From an uncultured Candidatus Actinomarina sp. (lineage in GTDB: Bacteria; Actinomycetota; Acidimicrobiia; Actinomarinales; Actinomarinaceae), in assembly GCA_902622665.1 (NCBI GenBank), contig CACNQV010000001.1, forward strand, positions 51,666 through 115,665: DNA of 64,000 nucleotides, read 5' to 3'. Shown piece after piece: positions 1 to 8,429 of the stretch. How positions within the stretch are numbered: position 1 is the stretch's first letter; each line of letters opens with the position of its first letter. The notes beneath the pieces were generated by a model that was not told the origin of the DNA, did not search any database, and was given only the letters and a program-made list of their open reading frames with translations. Position numbers and translations under genes: made by a program.

Positions 1-166
1 CATCACAATATGGATCAATTTCGTCCAATCTTTGTAATTCTGGTTCTTCATTTGAATTATTTTGATTTGTATACAATTGTTCATTATTGTTGGAGCTATT
101 CACGAAAAATAGAAAAATACTTATTACTAGAATGAAATTTATATTTTTTTTAATTTTAAAAATCAA
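1..166 (-). CDS. hypothetical exported or membrane-anchored protein, 5' part only (continues past window start)
   Basis: Not in the supplied ORF track. The minus-strand frame stays open from 166 to the window edge. TTG at 164-166 is followed by MIFKIKKNINFILVISIFLFFVNSSNNNEQ..., i.e. a basic N-terminus, a hydrophobic helix and an N/Q/E-rich region. Both the start codon and the reality of the gene are uncertain. Confidence 0.3.
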   Translation of the reverse strand, partial: MIFKIKKNINFILVISIFLFFVNSSNNNEQLYTNQNNSNEEPELQRLDEIDPYCD

Positions 167-797
167 TTGATATATTTATGAGATCTTCTTTTGGAATACT
201 ATCTTTGATAGTATTCAATTCATCAATATTATTTGATTCAAATATATAAAGACAATATCCATCTTCACTTTTTGAAAAATGTTTAAGTGATTTGTGTCTG
301 TATAAATCAAAATTTTCACTTCTTAAATTAACTTGTAAAAAATAATTCTTGTCGGAATATTTCATACTTTCTTTTCCGAAGATTTTACTTGCAAATTTTT
401 TGTAAATATCTACTAAAAGAAGTAATAGAGAAATAAACAAAATGAAGTTTATAGCAAGGCTTGGATTAACATTTATTACGATTCCTAAAGTAATCAGAAT
501 AAAATATAAAACTAATTCTGATGGGTTTTTGACAGGTGTTCTAAACCTTACAATTGATAAGGCTCCTACCATCCCAAGGGAAAGTGCTATATTATTTGAT
601 ATAACCGAGGTAATAATTAATCCTGCCAAAGGAAGAAATAGGAAACTAAAAAGTTTTTCAGGCGATTCAACACTTAAATAATCCGCAAAAATTGTAAGTA
701 AAAATTTTAAATATAGTGAAAGAGCAACAGTAAGTACCATGATTAGAAAATATTCAAAATCGAAAGTATAATCAAACCCAAGTATCGAAGAAATCAT
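156..797 (-). CDS. multi-pass membrane protein, DUF4956-like
   Basis: 213-aa ORF with several hydrophobic helices. The motif GALSIVRFRTPVKNP resembles the conserved (I/V)RFR(T)P core of DUF4956 as I recall it. Confidence 0.55.
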   Translation of the reverse strand: MISSILGFDYTFDFEYFLIMVLTVALSLYLKFLLTIFADYLSVESPEKLFSFLFLPLAGLIITSVISNNIALSLGMVGALSIVRFRTPVKNPSELVLYFILITLGIVINVNPSLAINFILFISLLLLLVDIYKKFASKIFGKESMKYSDKNYFLQVNLRSENFDLYRHKSLKHFSKSEDGYCLYIFESNNIDELNTIKDSIPKEDLINISIDF

Positions 798-845
798 ATC
801 TATAATCTTACTTCAAGTTTCTGATATATACACTGATTAAAGCAT

Positions 846-1820
846 TTAATAAAAACTTTTATTAATTTCACCGTTTTCCAACAAAAATTTTAATTTTTTA
901 ATTCTTTTTGAATCTAAAGTTTCAACGTATTTGTCAAAATTATCAATTAAATTAGCCACGCCATTTTCTAAGTTATATTTAAATGAAAAAGAAGGTAAAA
1001 ATTCATTTAATTTATTGAAGTTTACATTATAAGATCTTTGATCAGGGTCATATTTTCCATACTTTACCTCCTCGGTTTTCAAATAGTTTTTCAGAAACTC
1101 TGCTAACTCCTTAATTGAATAATTCATTAAATTACTACCTGCATTAAAAATTTCATATTGGTAATTTGATTCATTATTCAAAAAATATTCTATTAAGCGT
1201 GATAGATCGTGTACGTGGATAAATGGTCTAATTGGCTTTCCATCAGAAATTAATTCAATCTTTCCAGTTTTATAAGCATTGTAAGAAATGTCATTTATAA
1301 CCAAGTCCAATCTCATATTGGGTGCATATCCAAAGACTGTGGCATTTCTTAAAATTGTTGTCTGAAAACTAAAGTTATTTTTGATAATAAAATTTTCGTT
1401 TAGTATTTTTGATTTTGAATAATTTGTAAGTGGGTTAACTGATGAATTTTCATCAACTATATTCTCATTAAAGCCATACACACTGCATGAGGACATATAT
1501 ATAAACTTTTTTACTGAAGATTCTTCACACATATTTAATAAACGTACTGTTGCCAAATGGTTTATTTCATTTGTAATTTCACCCTGCAGTTCTCCAAGAG
1601 GATCGTTTGAAAGTTCTGCCATGTGAATAACATACTCTATATTTTCTAAATCTTTTATAGATACCTCTCTAATATCTTTTACGATTGGAGTAACTCTTGT
1701 ATTTATGTAATTTCCAAATAGGCCCTTGTCTAAAACTTTTATATCATATTTATCTTGATATAAATTGCAAAACATTGATCCAATATAACCAAACCCACCT
1801 GTAACCAAAATCTTTTTCAT
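846..1820 (-). CDS. NAD-dependent nucleotide-sugar epimerase/dehydratase (extended SDR)
   Basis: N-terminal Rossmann motif VTGGFGYIGS and a YSKSK (YxxxK) catalytic motif. The 324-aa length is typical. Confidence 0.85.
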   Translation of the reverse strand: MKKILVTGGFGYIGSMFCNLYQDKYDIKVLDKGLFGNYINTRVTPIVKDIREVSIKDLENIEYVIHMAELSNDPLGELQGEITNEINHLATVRLLNMCEESSVKKFIYMSSCSVYGFNENIVDENSSVNPLTNYSKSKILNENFIIKNNFSFQTTILRNATVFGYAPNMRLDLVINDISYNAYKTGKIELISDGKPIRPFIHVHDLSRLIEYFLNNESNYQYEIFNAGSNLMNYSIKELAEFLKNYLKTEEVKYGKYDPDQRSYNVNFNKLNEFLPSFSFKYNLENGVANLIDNFDKYVETLDSKRIKKLKFLLENGEINKSFY

Positions 1821-1872
1821 ATTTATCGATCTATATTAATTTTATTCAAAGTAAAAAGATTAATATAAGGTT

Positions 1873-2685
1873 ATGAAAATTGCGATTTGTTTATTTGGAG
1901 GAATTGGAACTAAGGAAAGTCTTGGTAGGTCTACAAATAAGAAATTTCAAGATATTGAATATTTAGAATTCAAAACACCGCTTGAAAGTTTAAATAAGTT
2001 TGTAATTGAACCAAATAAATGTGATGTTTTTATTCACTCATGGTCAATAGAAAAAGAAAATGAAATTTCAAAGATTTTAAATCCAAAAAAGACAAAATTT
2101 GAAAATTTTAAAACTTTTTCTGAGCCTTTTCACAGCAGAAAAAATCATATATGGAGCAGATTCTATACAGGCTTTCAAAGTAATTTGCTTAAACTTGATT
2201 ATGAACTAAAAAATAATTTCCAATATGATGTTGTGATGTCTTGCAGAATGGACTTGCTTTGGTTTAATGAAATTACACTGAAAAGAAATGTAAAAAATAC
2301 AATTTATGCCTCCCATTGGAATGGAAGTGTGAAAGATAATATGCTAGGACCATATGATAAAAACAATCATGGTGTAGGTTGGGGCGTAATCGATCCATGG
2401 TTTTTTTCTTCGTCAAAAAACATGGACAAGTTTACAAACATTTATAATAAGAAAAATTTTGTTGCGTTTAAGTCTTACTTTAAGTACATGAATATTAGTG
2501 AAAGATTTAAAAAGTTAGATTTTCGAACAAACAATTACTACATAAGTACCCATCATTTTTATCACCAACACGCTATAAATAATAAGCTTGATTTTAACTT
2601 TGCATATTATCGTGGATTAGATTACGAGTTGTATAGACATACACTCAAACCTGGTTGGGATAACTCTTTCGCAAATAAAAACTAA
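1873..2685 (+). CDS. hypothetical protein (no family recognised)
   Basis: 270-aa uninterrupted ORF in a very AT-rich context. No motif recognised. Lies within the glycan island. Confidence 0.55.
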   Translation: MKIAICLFGGIGTKESLGRSTNKKFQDIEYLEFKTPLESLNKFVIEPNKCDVFIHSWSIEKENEISKILNPKKTKFENFKTFSEPFHSRKNHIWSRFYTGFQSNLLKLDYELKNNFQYDVVMSCRMDLLWFNEITLKRNVKNTIYASHWNGSVKDNMLGPYDKNNHGVGWGVIDPWFFSSSKNMDKFTNIYNKKNFVAFKSYFKYMNISERFKKLDFRTNNYYISTHHFYHQHAINNKLDFNFAYYRGLDYELYRHTLKPGWDNSFANKN

Positions 2686-3371
2686 GTTAGAACCTCAAAA
2701 ATTTTTAGATTATTTGAGCTAGAGAATTCTTTAAAATTTTTACTATTTTTATTTATAAATCTTAAAACCTCAAATTGTTTATAGGTATTTATATCATCAA
2801 GAGCAAAATATTTTGTTTTCATATATAATTTTTTAAATTCTGCAAATGTTGAAAATTCACCGCCATCAAATAAAATAAAATCAAATTTTGGTGGAAGTTC
2901 TTCATAAATATTTTTAATTTTTTTATACCTTCTTAAATCTTGATAGAACCATTCAACATTTTCTTTTATTAATCCATGTTTTTGAAAGTCAATACTTGAA
3001 ATTTCTGGTAACTCGTTTAATTCAAATAATCTGCCAAGTTTAATATCAATCATTGACTTACCTTTAAAATTATTTTTTGCTTCTCTATAAAAATATTTAT
3101 CTGATTCGATAGATATAAAGTGGAAGCTATTCTGTACGTTATGTAAACAGTCATATATAGTTGTTGTTGAACCAAGGCCATTCCAGGTTCCTATCTCAAG
3201 AACAGAGTTTATTTCTTTGCTAGTTATCAAATTACAAATTAATTCAGCACTCGAGGTATTTTGATTGATTTGACCTTTGCTATTTTTAGCTAAATTTTTA
3301 GATCTTTGATTGTTTCTTAAATTTTTAAAAAAACGAAAATTGGTAACTTTCTTTATAAATTTTTTTACCAA
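2682..3371 (-). CDS. class I SAM-dependent methyltransferase-fold protein
   Basis: Motif I-like VLEIGTWNGLGST, then FISIESD and DFILFDGGE, consistent with an O-methyltransferase-type fold. Confidence 0.55.
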   Translation of the reverse strand: MVKKFIKKVTNFRFFKNLRNNQRSKNLAKNSKGQINQNTSSAELICNLITSKEINSVLEIGTWNGLGSTTTIYDCLHNVQNSFHFISIESDKYFYREAKNNFKGKSMIDIKLGRLFELNELPEISSIDFQKHGLIKENVEWFYQDLRRYKKIKNIYEELPPKFDFILFDGGEFSTFAEFKKLYMKTKYFALDDINTYKQFEVLRFINKNSKNFKEFSSSNNLKIFEVLT

Positions 3372-4135
3372 TCTTTTCCTTTAGTTAAATTAAAAGTAAC
3401 TTGAGGTGAATGATTTAGTTCTGAAATAAATTCTTTATGCATATAGAAAGTTTCAGAAATGACATTTTTGACCTGAACATAATTGTTTTGATCTAAAAGT
3501 ATATTTAATTTATTTGTAGGACGCTCAATTGTCATGAATTTAAATTTATATTTTTCAAAATTAAATGAAGATAAAATAAATTCTTCCGCACCTTCAACAT
3601 CAAGACTAAGATAATCAATAATTTTTGGGGTATTATTTTCATCTAAAATTGTTTCAAGTTTTCTAGTTTTTAAATTTATAATTTCTGCAGTTTTTAATTC
3701 CTCTTCTCTCAAGAAATGATTGTTATCAAACTGTTCGCCTACAATTCCGGCCAATAGTTTATTATCAATTCTAAATTCTACTTCTTGTCCATCTGTTGAA
3801 CCTATACACTCTTTAATAATTTCAGACACTCTGTTTTTTTTCAATGAATCGTGAAAATAAGGGTTTGGTTCAATCAGTAGGCCTTTCCAGTTCAATTCCC
3901 TTTCTAGAAACAATGTGTTGCTATGTGTTATCCCATCTCCAGCTGCACAGTCAATGAAATATTTTTTGAATGGTAACCCTTTATTTTCGTAATCACATAT
4001 ATTGTTTATTAAAAATTCGACTTGGCCTTTCTGACTTCCAAAGCTGTCTGAAAAATCTTTTTTTGATGTTTCTTTTTCTAAAAATTCTTGAAACATGTAA
4101 TATGTCTTTTTTAAATTTTTAAATTTTTTAATCAC
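3365..4135 (-). CDS. FkbM-family methyltransferase
   Basis: IDCAAGDGITHSNT (SAM loop) and the LSLDVEGAE motif typical of the FkbM family. Overlaps the downstream gene by 7 nt. Confidence 0.7.
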   Translation of the reverse strand: MIKKFKNLKKTYYMFQEFLEKETSKKDFSDSFGSQKGQVEFLINNICDYENKGLPFKKYFIDCAAGDGITHSNTLFLERELNWKGLLIEPNPYFHDSLKKNRVSEIIKECIGSTDGQEVEFRIDNKLLAGIVGEQFDNNHFLREEELKTAEIINLKTRKLETILDENNTPKIIDYLSLDVEGAEEFILSSFNFEKYKFKFMTIERPTNKLNILLDQNNYVQVKNVISETFYMHKEFISELNHSPQVTFNLTKGKDW

Positions 4136-4184
4136 ATAAACATTGTATTAAAAATAAATACTAGATGTTTATAATTATCAATAT

Positions 4185-5561
4185 TTACTCATTAATTTTA
4201 AGAAATAACAAATTTCCTTCAAAAGTGCTTGCTACTAGGTCTGAGAGCCCATTAGAAAAAGATCTTATAGAGGTGGTTGAACCAATTTTTTCGATTGGAG
4301 GTATTAAAGTTAGCTCTCTACTTGTTAAATTATACAAAAAAAGTTCATTTGTATTTATATCTACAGTTACGATATTAAAAATATATTTTGAATCATTATC
4401 CAATATGATATCTCCACCAATAATTGCAGCCCTATAGTCATTTTCAGTAGGATAATGATTGTAAAAAAATGAAGGATTTACAGATTCTTTATAAAGCTTG
4501 TTAAATGTCTCTTCTGTACTAATTTTATTTGAATTTATATAATAATTAATGTCTAGTTTATAATCCTCAATATTATCAATATCTTTAGAAGTACTTCCTC
4601 CTTCAAAAATTGGCCAACCAAAAGAAGCTGGTAAATTGGCTAGTTTTACTACATTTAATTCTTCGTTAATACTCAACCCAACGTCTGCAATTATTAAATA
4701 ATCTCTATACTCAAAAAATTGCCAGGGATTTCTTAATCCAAAAGCTAATGCGTTTACAATTTTATCTCCTTCTGAATGACGAATAATTGGAACATCTATA
4801 TCTAAATCTTTTAAAGCTACAATCTTTCCCAAATTACTATCTGTTGCTAACGGAACTGGATTTACTCTTGAAAACTCATTTGGTTCTTGATTATCACCAA
4901 CACTTAAAAGGTATGATTGAAAATATTTAGACCAAATTATATTTCCTCCTATGTGGGTATAAGGATTTTTCATTTCTTGCTCAAATAATCTTTTATCAAA
5001 CACAAATTGATTGATCTTTTCATAAGACTCATATTTATATCTATCAACAACAAGCAGTGAATCAGAATTAACATACGAGATTGCTAATGTATTATTGCTG
5101 TCACTAATTGCTATACCTAGCAAACCTGCTTCTTGTTTATTTAAGATATTTTCAGATTCAAAAAATATTGATTTATTGTCATTCTCATAATCATATTTGT
5201 AAATTACTCCTTTTTTAATAACAACATATATATGATTATTGTGAATTAAGGTATTTACCATTCCCTCCTCAAAAACTACTGATTTGATGCTTTCGTAACT
5301 TCCCTCACAAGAAACTTTTTGATTGCTTCCGAGAAAATCAATACAAGAATCAAAGGATGTGTGGTAAAGATCATTTTGAATTGGAATATTTTTTTCATTT
5401 AAATAGTATGTTGGCACATCCACTGTAGAAATAGTGGTCTCTGTAGGTTCAATAAGATTATCTACTTGACCTTCACTTACTCTTACAACTTGTTCTTGAT
5501 TAGATTGATTGCAGCTTATAAAAAATAAAAGTATCAAAGGAAATAAAGTTTTGTATTTCAT
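4185..5561 (-). CDS. lipoprotein, PQQ-dependent sugar (glucose/sorbosone) dehydrogenase-like beta-propeller
   Basis: Signal peptide with lipobox MKYKTLFPLILLFFISC. HIGGNIIW...SVGDN and FGLRNPWQF resemble the conserved H-GG...GD and GxRNPW motifs of soluble aldose/sorbosone dehydrogenases. Confidence 0.6.
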   Translation of the reverse strand: MKYKTLFPLILLFFISCNQSNQEQVVRVSEGQVDNLIEPTETTISTVDVPTYYLNEKNIPIQNDLYHTSFDSCIDFLGSNQKVSCEGSYESIKSVVFEEGMVNTLIHNNHIYVVIKKGVIYKYDYENDNKSIFFESENILNKQEAGLLGIAISDSNNTLAISYVNSDSLLVVDRYKYESYEKINQFVFDKRLFEQEMKNPYTHIGGNIIWSKYFQSYLLSVGDNQEPNEFSRVNPVPLATDSNLGKIVALKDLDIDVPIIRHSEGDKIVNALAFGLRNPWQFFEYRDYLIIADVGLSINEELNVVKLANLPASFGWPIFEGGSTSKDIDNIEDYKLDINYYINSNKISTEETFNKLYKESVNPSFFYNHYPTENDYRAAIIGGDIILDNDSKYIFNIVTVDINTNELFLYNLTSRELTLIPPIEKIGSTTSIRSFSNGLSDLVASTFEGNLLFLKINE

Positions 5562-5756
5562 TTAATAAATATAGTGTACCTATTTTTAAAGGAGAATTTA
5601 ATAATCTATGTTATTGTAGACGTTTGAATAAAATTCTATATTTGTCTGTTTAGATAAATAATTAATTTCCATAATTTGGCTGCTGGAAAAATCAAGGTAT
5701 CAAATCATTCTTTTTAAGTTAAAACCTATCAAGTTTTTTACAAAGCTTATTATGCA

Positions 5757-6542
5757 TTATTCATATTGATTTATTCTTTTTAATATAGTTAGGCCGTTAC
5801 AATTCTCATACCTTTTTTCTAATTCCCAATTGTTATTATTATCTAAAAATTCTAATATGGCTGGCCACAATCCAATCTCAATTTCTTCTACTGGAAAACC
5901 CGATTCTTTTGATTGAGCAATAGAATTCCATTTTCTTCTTATAGTTTCTCCTAATTCACCATCTACCGTTGTGTCGTGCATAATAATGTATTTGTTTGTA
6001 TGTTTAGAAAACTTTTCAAGCTCTCTTTTTAATTGGGCATAAACATGCCAAGTGTCTATAAAAGTAAGGTCATACATTTTGTTAATTTCAATTTCTAAAT
6101 TATTTTTCCAAATGTAATTAATATCAACTAATAAATTACTTGAATGAAATTCAATTTCTGCAGTATCGCAAACATTTATATCATTTAAAAAAAAATATTT
6201 TTCTTTAGAGCCGTTATCTATTAAACCTTTCAAAAATGCCCATGAAGAAACAACTCCTCTTACTCCTGTTTCAAAAATTGATTCACACTCTTTTGAGTAA
6301 ATATAGAGGGTTTGTAAGTGTTTATAAATATCCGATTTTTTGTGTTTCAGATAAAAAAACTTTAAGTTTACATAAACCTTTGAATTATTTTTAAACAAAC
6401 TGAGTGCAATTTTAAAAAACTGATCATAAATATATCTGTAGCTTATAAGATACATTCTTATAATTTTATCGATACCAAGTTTCCAAAAAATATATTTCTT
6501 AAGTTCTTTGTTTTGAAATTTATAAATTAATTTTTTTATCAA
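5757..6542 (-). CDS. putative methyltransferase-fold protein
   Basis: IFETGVRGVVSS (degenerate SAM loop), FLNDI and DLTFIDTWH are consistent with a class I methyltransferase fold. The ORF-track start is TTG, 4 nt from tRNA-Phe; an internal ATG (Met30) is an alternative start. Confidence 0.45.
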   Translation of the reverse strand: MIKKLIYKFQNKELKKYIFWKLGIDKIIRMYLISYRYIYDQFFKIALSLFKNNSKVYVNLKFFYLKHKKSDIYKHLQTLYIYSKECESIFETGVRGVVSSWAFLKGLIDNGSKEKYFFLNDINVCDTAEIEFHSSNLLVDINYIWKNNLEIEINKMYDLTFIDTWHVYAQLKRELEKFSKHTNKYIIMHDTTVDGELGETIRRKWNSIAQSKESGFPVEEIEIGLWPAILEFLDNNNNWELEKRYENCNGLTILKRINQYE

Positions 6543-6546
6543 TTTG

Positions 6547-6619
6547 TGGCCAGAGGCAGAATCGAACTGCCGACCCCTTGTTTTTCAGACAAGTGCTCTA
6601 CCGACTGAGCTATCTGGCC
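6547..6619 (-). tRNA. tRNA-Phe (anticodon GAA)
   Basis: Hand-folded cloverleaf, 73 nt: acceptor ggccaga/tctggcc, D arm gctc/gagc, anticodon arm cttgt-ctGAAaa-acaag, T arm ggcag-ttcgatt-ctgcc. No encoded CCA. Confidence 0.9.
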
Positions 6620-6625
6620 TTATAG

Positions 6626-6700
6626 CGGGGACGACGGGATTCGAACCCGCGACCTCCTGCGTGACAGGCAGGCGTGAACTCCAGACTTCACCACGCCCCC
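6626..6700 (-). tRNA. tRNA-Asp (anticodon GTC)
   Basis: Hand-folded, 75 nt: acceptor gggggcg/cgtcccc (one G-U pair), anticodon arm cctgc-ctGTCac-gcagg, T loop ttcgaat. Lies 6 nt from tRNA-Phe. No encoded CCA. Confidence 0.9.
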
Positions 6701-6768
6701 GTATCTATTAATATAATAAACATATAAATTAACAACAGAAAATATTTTGTTAACTTAGGATAAGAATT

Positions 6769-7725
6769 ATGAAAATTAGTTTCGGATCAAAAATTATTGA
6801 AGGACCCTGGGGTGGAGGTAATTTATTTTTAATAAACCTAAAAGAGTATCTAGAAGCTAATGGACATACAGTTGTTTTTGATTTAAAAGATAAAGACATT
6901 GATATAATCCTTTTTACCGATCCCCGAAAAGGACGGGGAAGTACTTCAACATTTAATAAAAAAGATATCAAAAAATATATTTCTAAAATTAATAAAAAAA
7001 CAAGAGTTGTTCAAAGAATTAATGAATGTGATGAAAGAAAAAATACGAAAGGTGTGAACCAACTATATTTATCATCAACAGAAATAGCAGATAGCGTGGT
7101 TTTTGTAAGTGATTGGCTACAAAGTATATATTTACAACTTGGTTTAGATGAAAATAAATCTTCTGTAATTATGTCTGGATCAAATGAGTTGATTTTTAAC
7201 ACTTATGGAAGAACTGAAAAGCCTGTGAATAAAAAATTTAAACTATTAACGCATCACTGGAGTTCTAATTATTTAAAAGGATTTGAACTTTACAGCTTAA
7301 TTGACCAGCTGCTTGAAACTAATAAATGGAGAAATAAGATTGAATTTACATATATAGGAAATATTGACAAGAAATTTACCTTCAAAAACACTAAAGTTAT
7401 TACACCTTTAAGTGGATTTGAACTAGCAAATGAAATTAAGGAACATGATATTTATGTAACTGGATCACTTAATGAACCTTCCGGTAATCATCATATTGAA
7501 GCTGCTTTGTGTGGGCTTCCAGTTTTATACATAAATAGTGGCGGAATTCCTGAATACGTCGAGAATCATGGGGTAGAAGTTACTCTGGAGAATTTTGAAG
7601 AAAGACTTGAATATCTAATTGAGTACTATGGTCAATTTGAAAAGAAAATGAAGTCTTACCCTTATAACTCAACTACAATGTGTGAAAAATATGAAAGACT
7701 TTTTAATAAAGTTTTAAATCAATAA
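6769..7725 (+). CDS. glycosyltransferase, GT4/GT1-like (GT-B fold)
   Basis: C-terminal EPSGNHHIEAALCGLPVL...GGIPEYV matches the E-x7-E nucleotide-sugar binding region of retaining GT4 enzymes. Confidence 0.7.
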   Translation: MKISFGSKIIEGPWGGGNLFLINLKEYLEANGHTVVFDLKDKDIDIILFTDPRKGRGSTSTFNKKDIKKYISKINKKTRVVQRINECDERKNTKGVNQLYLSSTEIADSVVFVSDWLQSIYLQLGLDENKSSVIMSGSNELIFNTYGRTEKPVNKKFKLLTHHWSSNYLKGFELYSLIDQLLETNKWRNKIEFTYIGNIDKKFTFKNTKVITPLSGFELANEIKEHDIYVTGSLNEPSGNHHIEAALCGLPVLYINSGGIPEYVENHGVEVTLENFEERLEYLIEYYGQFEKKMKSYPYNSTTMCEKYERLFNKVLNQ

Positions 7726-8429
7726 TACTGGCCTGAACCGTGTGCTCCATCGTAATAAAATAAGGGTTCGTCAATATAAAGTAGATTTGTAACTTGAATA
7801 AGGTTAAGCCAACAATCATAATCAGCTTTTTTTGGTATCCCTCTAAACCCACCAATCATTTTTAAAAGGTCTTTTTCTATCACAGCACTAGATTTAACTA
7901 CGCAGTTGTGTATTTTTAGAAATTTTTCATCCCAAACTTTTGGAAGCTTTCCATTTTTTAGGTATCTTGTGTATCTATATTTTTTTCTTAGAACTTTATT
8001 AAAGTGTTCTCTATTGTAAAGTGAATAGTTTTTATTGGGATCATACTTTCCAAAACCAAAATAACCCTCTGTTGAAGAAAATTTGTAATAATTTTCTTCC
8101 ATAGCCCCTATTTGTAATTCAAGTTTATTTTCAATCCAACAATCGTCATCATCAAGAAGTGCTACATATTTTCCTGTTGCATGCTCTAGACCAACGTTAA
8201 TTAAACCTTGCCTAGAACCAGTCCACCTAGGATACTCGTTTCGCTTTATGTCGATTTGCTTAATTGTTTTGCCGAAACTATCTTTATAGTACCTTTCATC
8301 AGTAGACTCATCGTTAATCAAAATTATTTCAAAATCAGTGAAAGTTTGATTAAAAACGCTTTGAATTGCGTTTGTAAGATAATCAAATCTATTAAAACTA
8401 TGAATTATTACGGAAACTAGTTTATTCAT
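7719..8429 (-). CDS. glycosyltransferase family 2
   Basis: VSVIIHSFNRFDYLTNAIQSVFNQTFTDFEIILINDESTD and LLDDDD motifs. Start moved to the ATG at 8427-8429 (MNKLVSVII). The ORF-track TTG extension to 8579 lies inside the upstream gene. Confidence 0.8.
   Translation of the reverse strand: MNKLVSVIIHSFNRFDYLTNAIQSVFNQTFTDFEIILINDESTDERYYKDSFGKTIKQIDIKRNEYPRWTGSRQGLINVGLEHATGKYVALLDDDDCWIENKLELQIGAMEENYYKFSSTEGYFGFGKYDPNKNYSLYNREHFNKVLRKKYRYTRYLKNGKLPKVWDEKFLKIHNCVVKSSAVIEKDLLKMIGGFRGIPKKADYDCWLNLIQVTNLLYIDEPLFYYDGAHGSGQYY

Noticed and set aside
442-681. 79-aa plus-strand ORF inside the DUF4956-like gene. Similar antisense ORFs lie at 4165-4437, 6750-6971, 7011-7202, 8208-8420, 13028-13231, 13522-13704, 17405-17599, 22364-22693, 25167-25394, 28126-28329, 34338-34607 and 34800-35042.
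   Set aside because: All lie entirely within, and antisense to or out of frame with, longer ORFs that have recognisable domains. Their translations are low-complexity with no motifs. They are treated as shadow ORFs.
5562-5756. 195-nt spacer between the lipoprotein gene and ORF 5757-6542, examined for a small gene or structured RNA. It contains AAAGGAG followed by an ATG near 5607.
   Set aside because: The ATG opens only a 3-codon frame (ATG TTA TTG TAG). The region is uniformly AT-rich without stems. It is probably just the promoter and leader for the lipoprotein gene.
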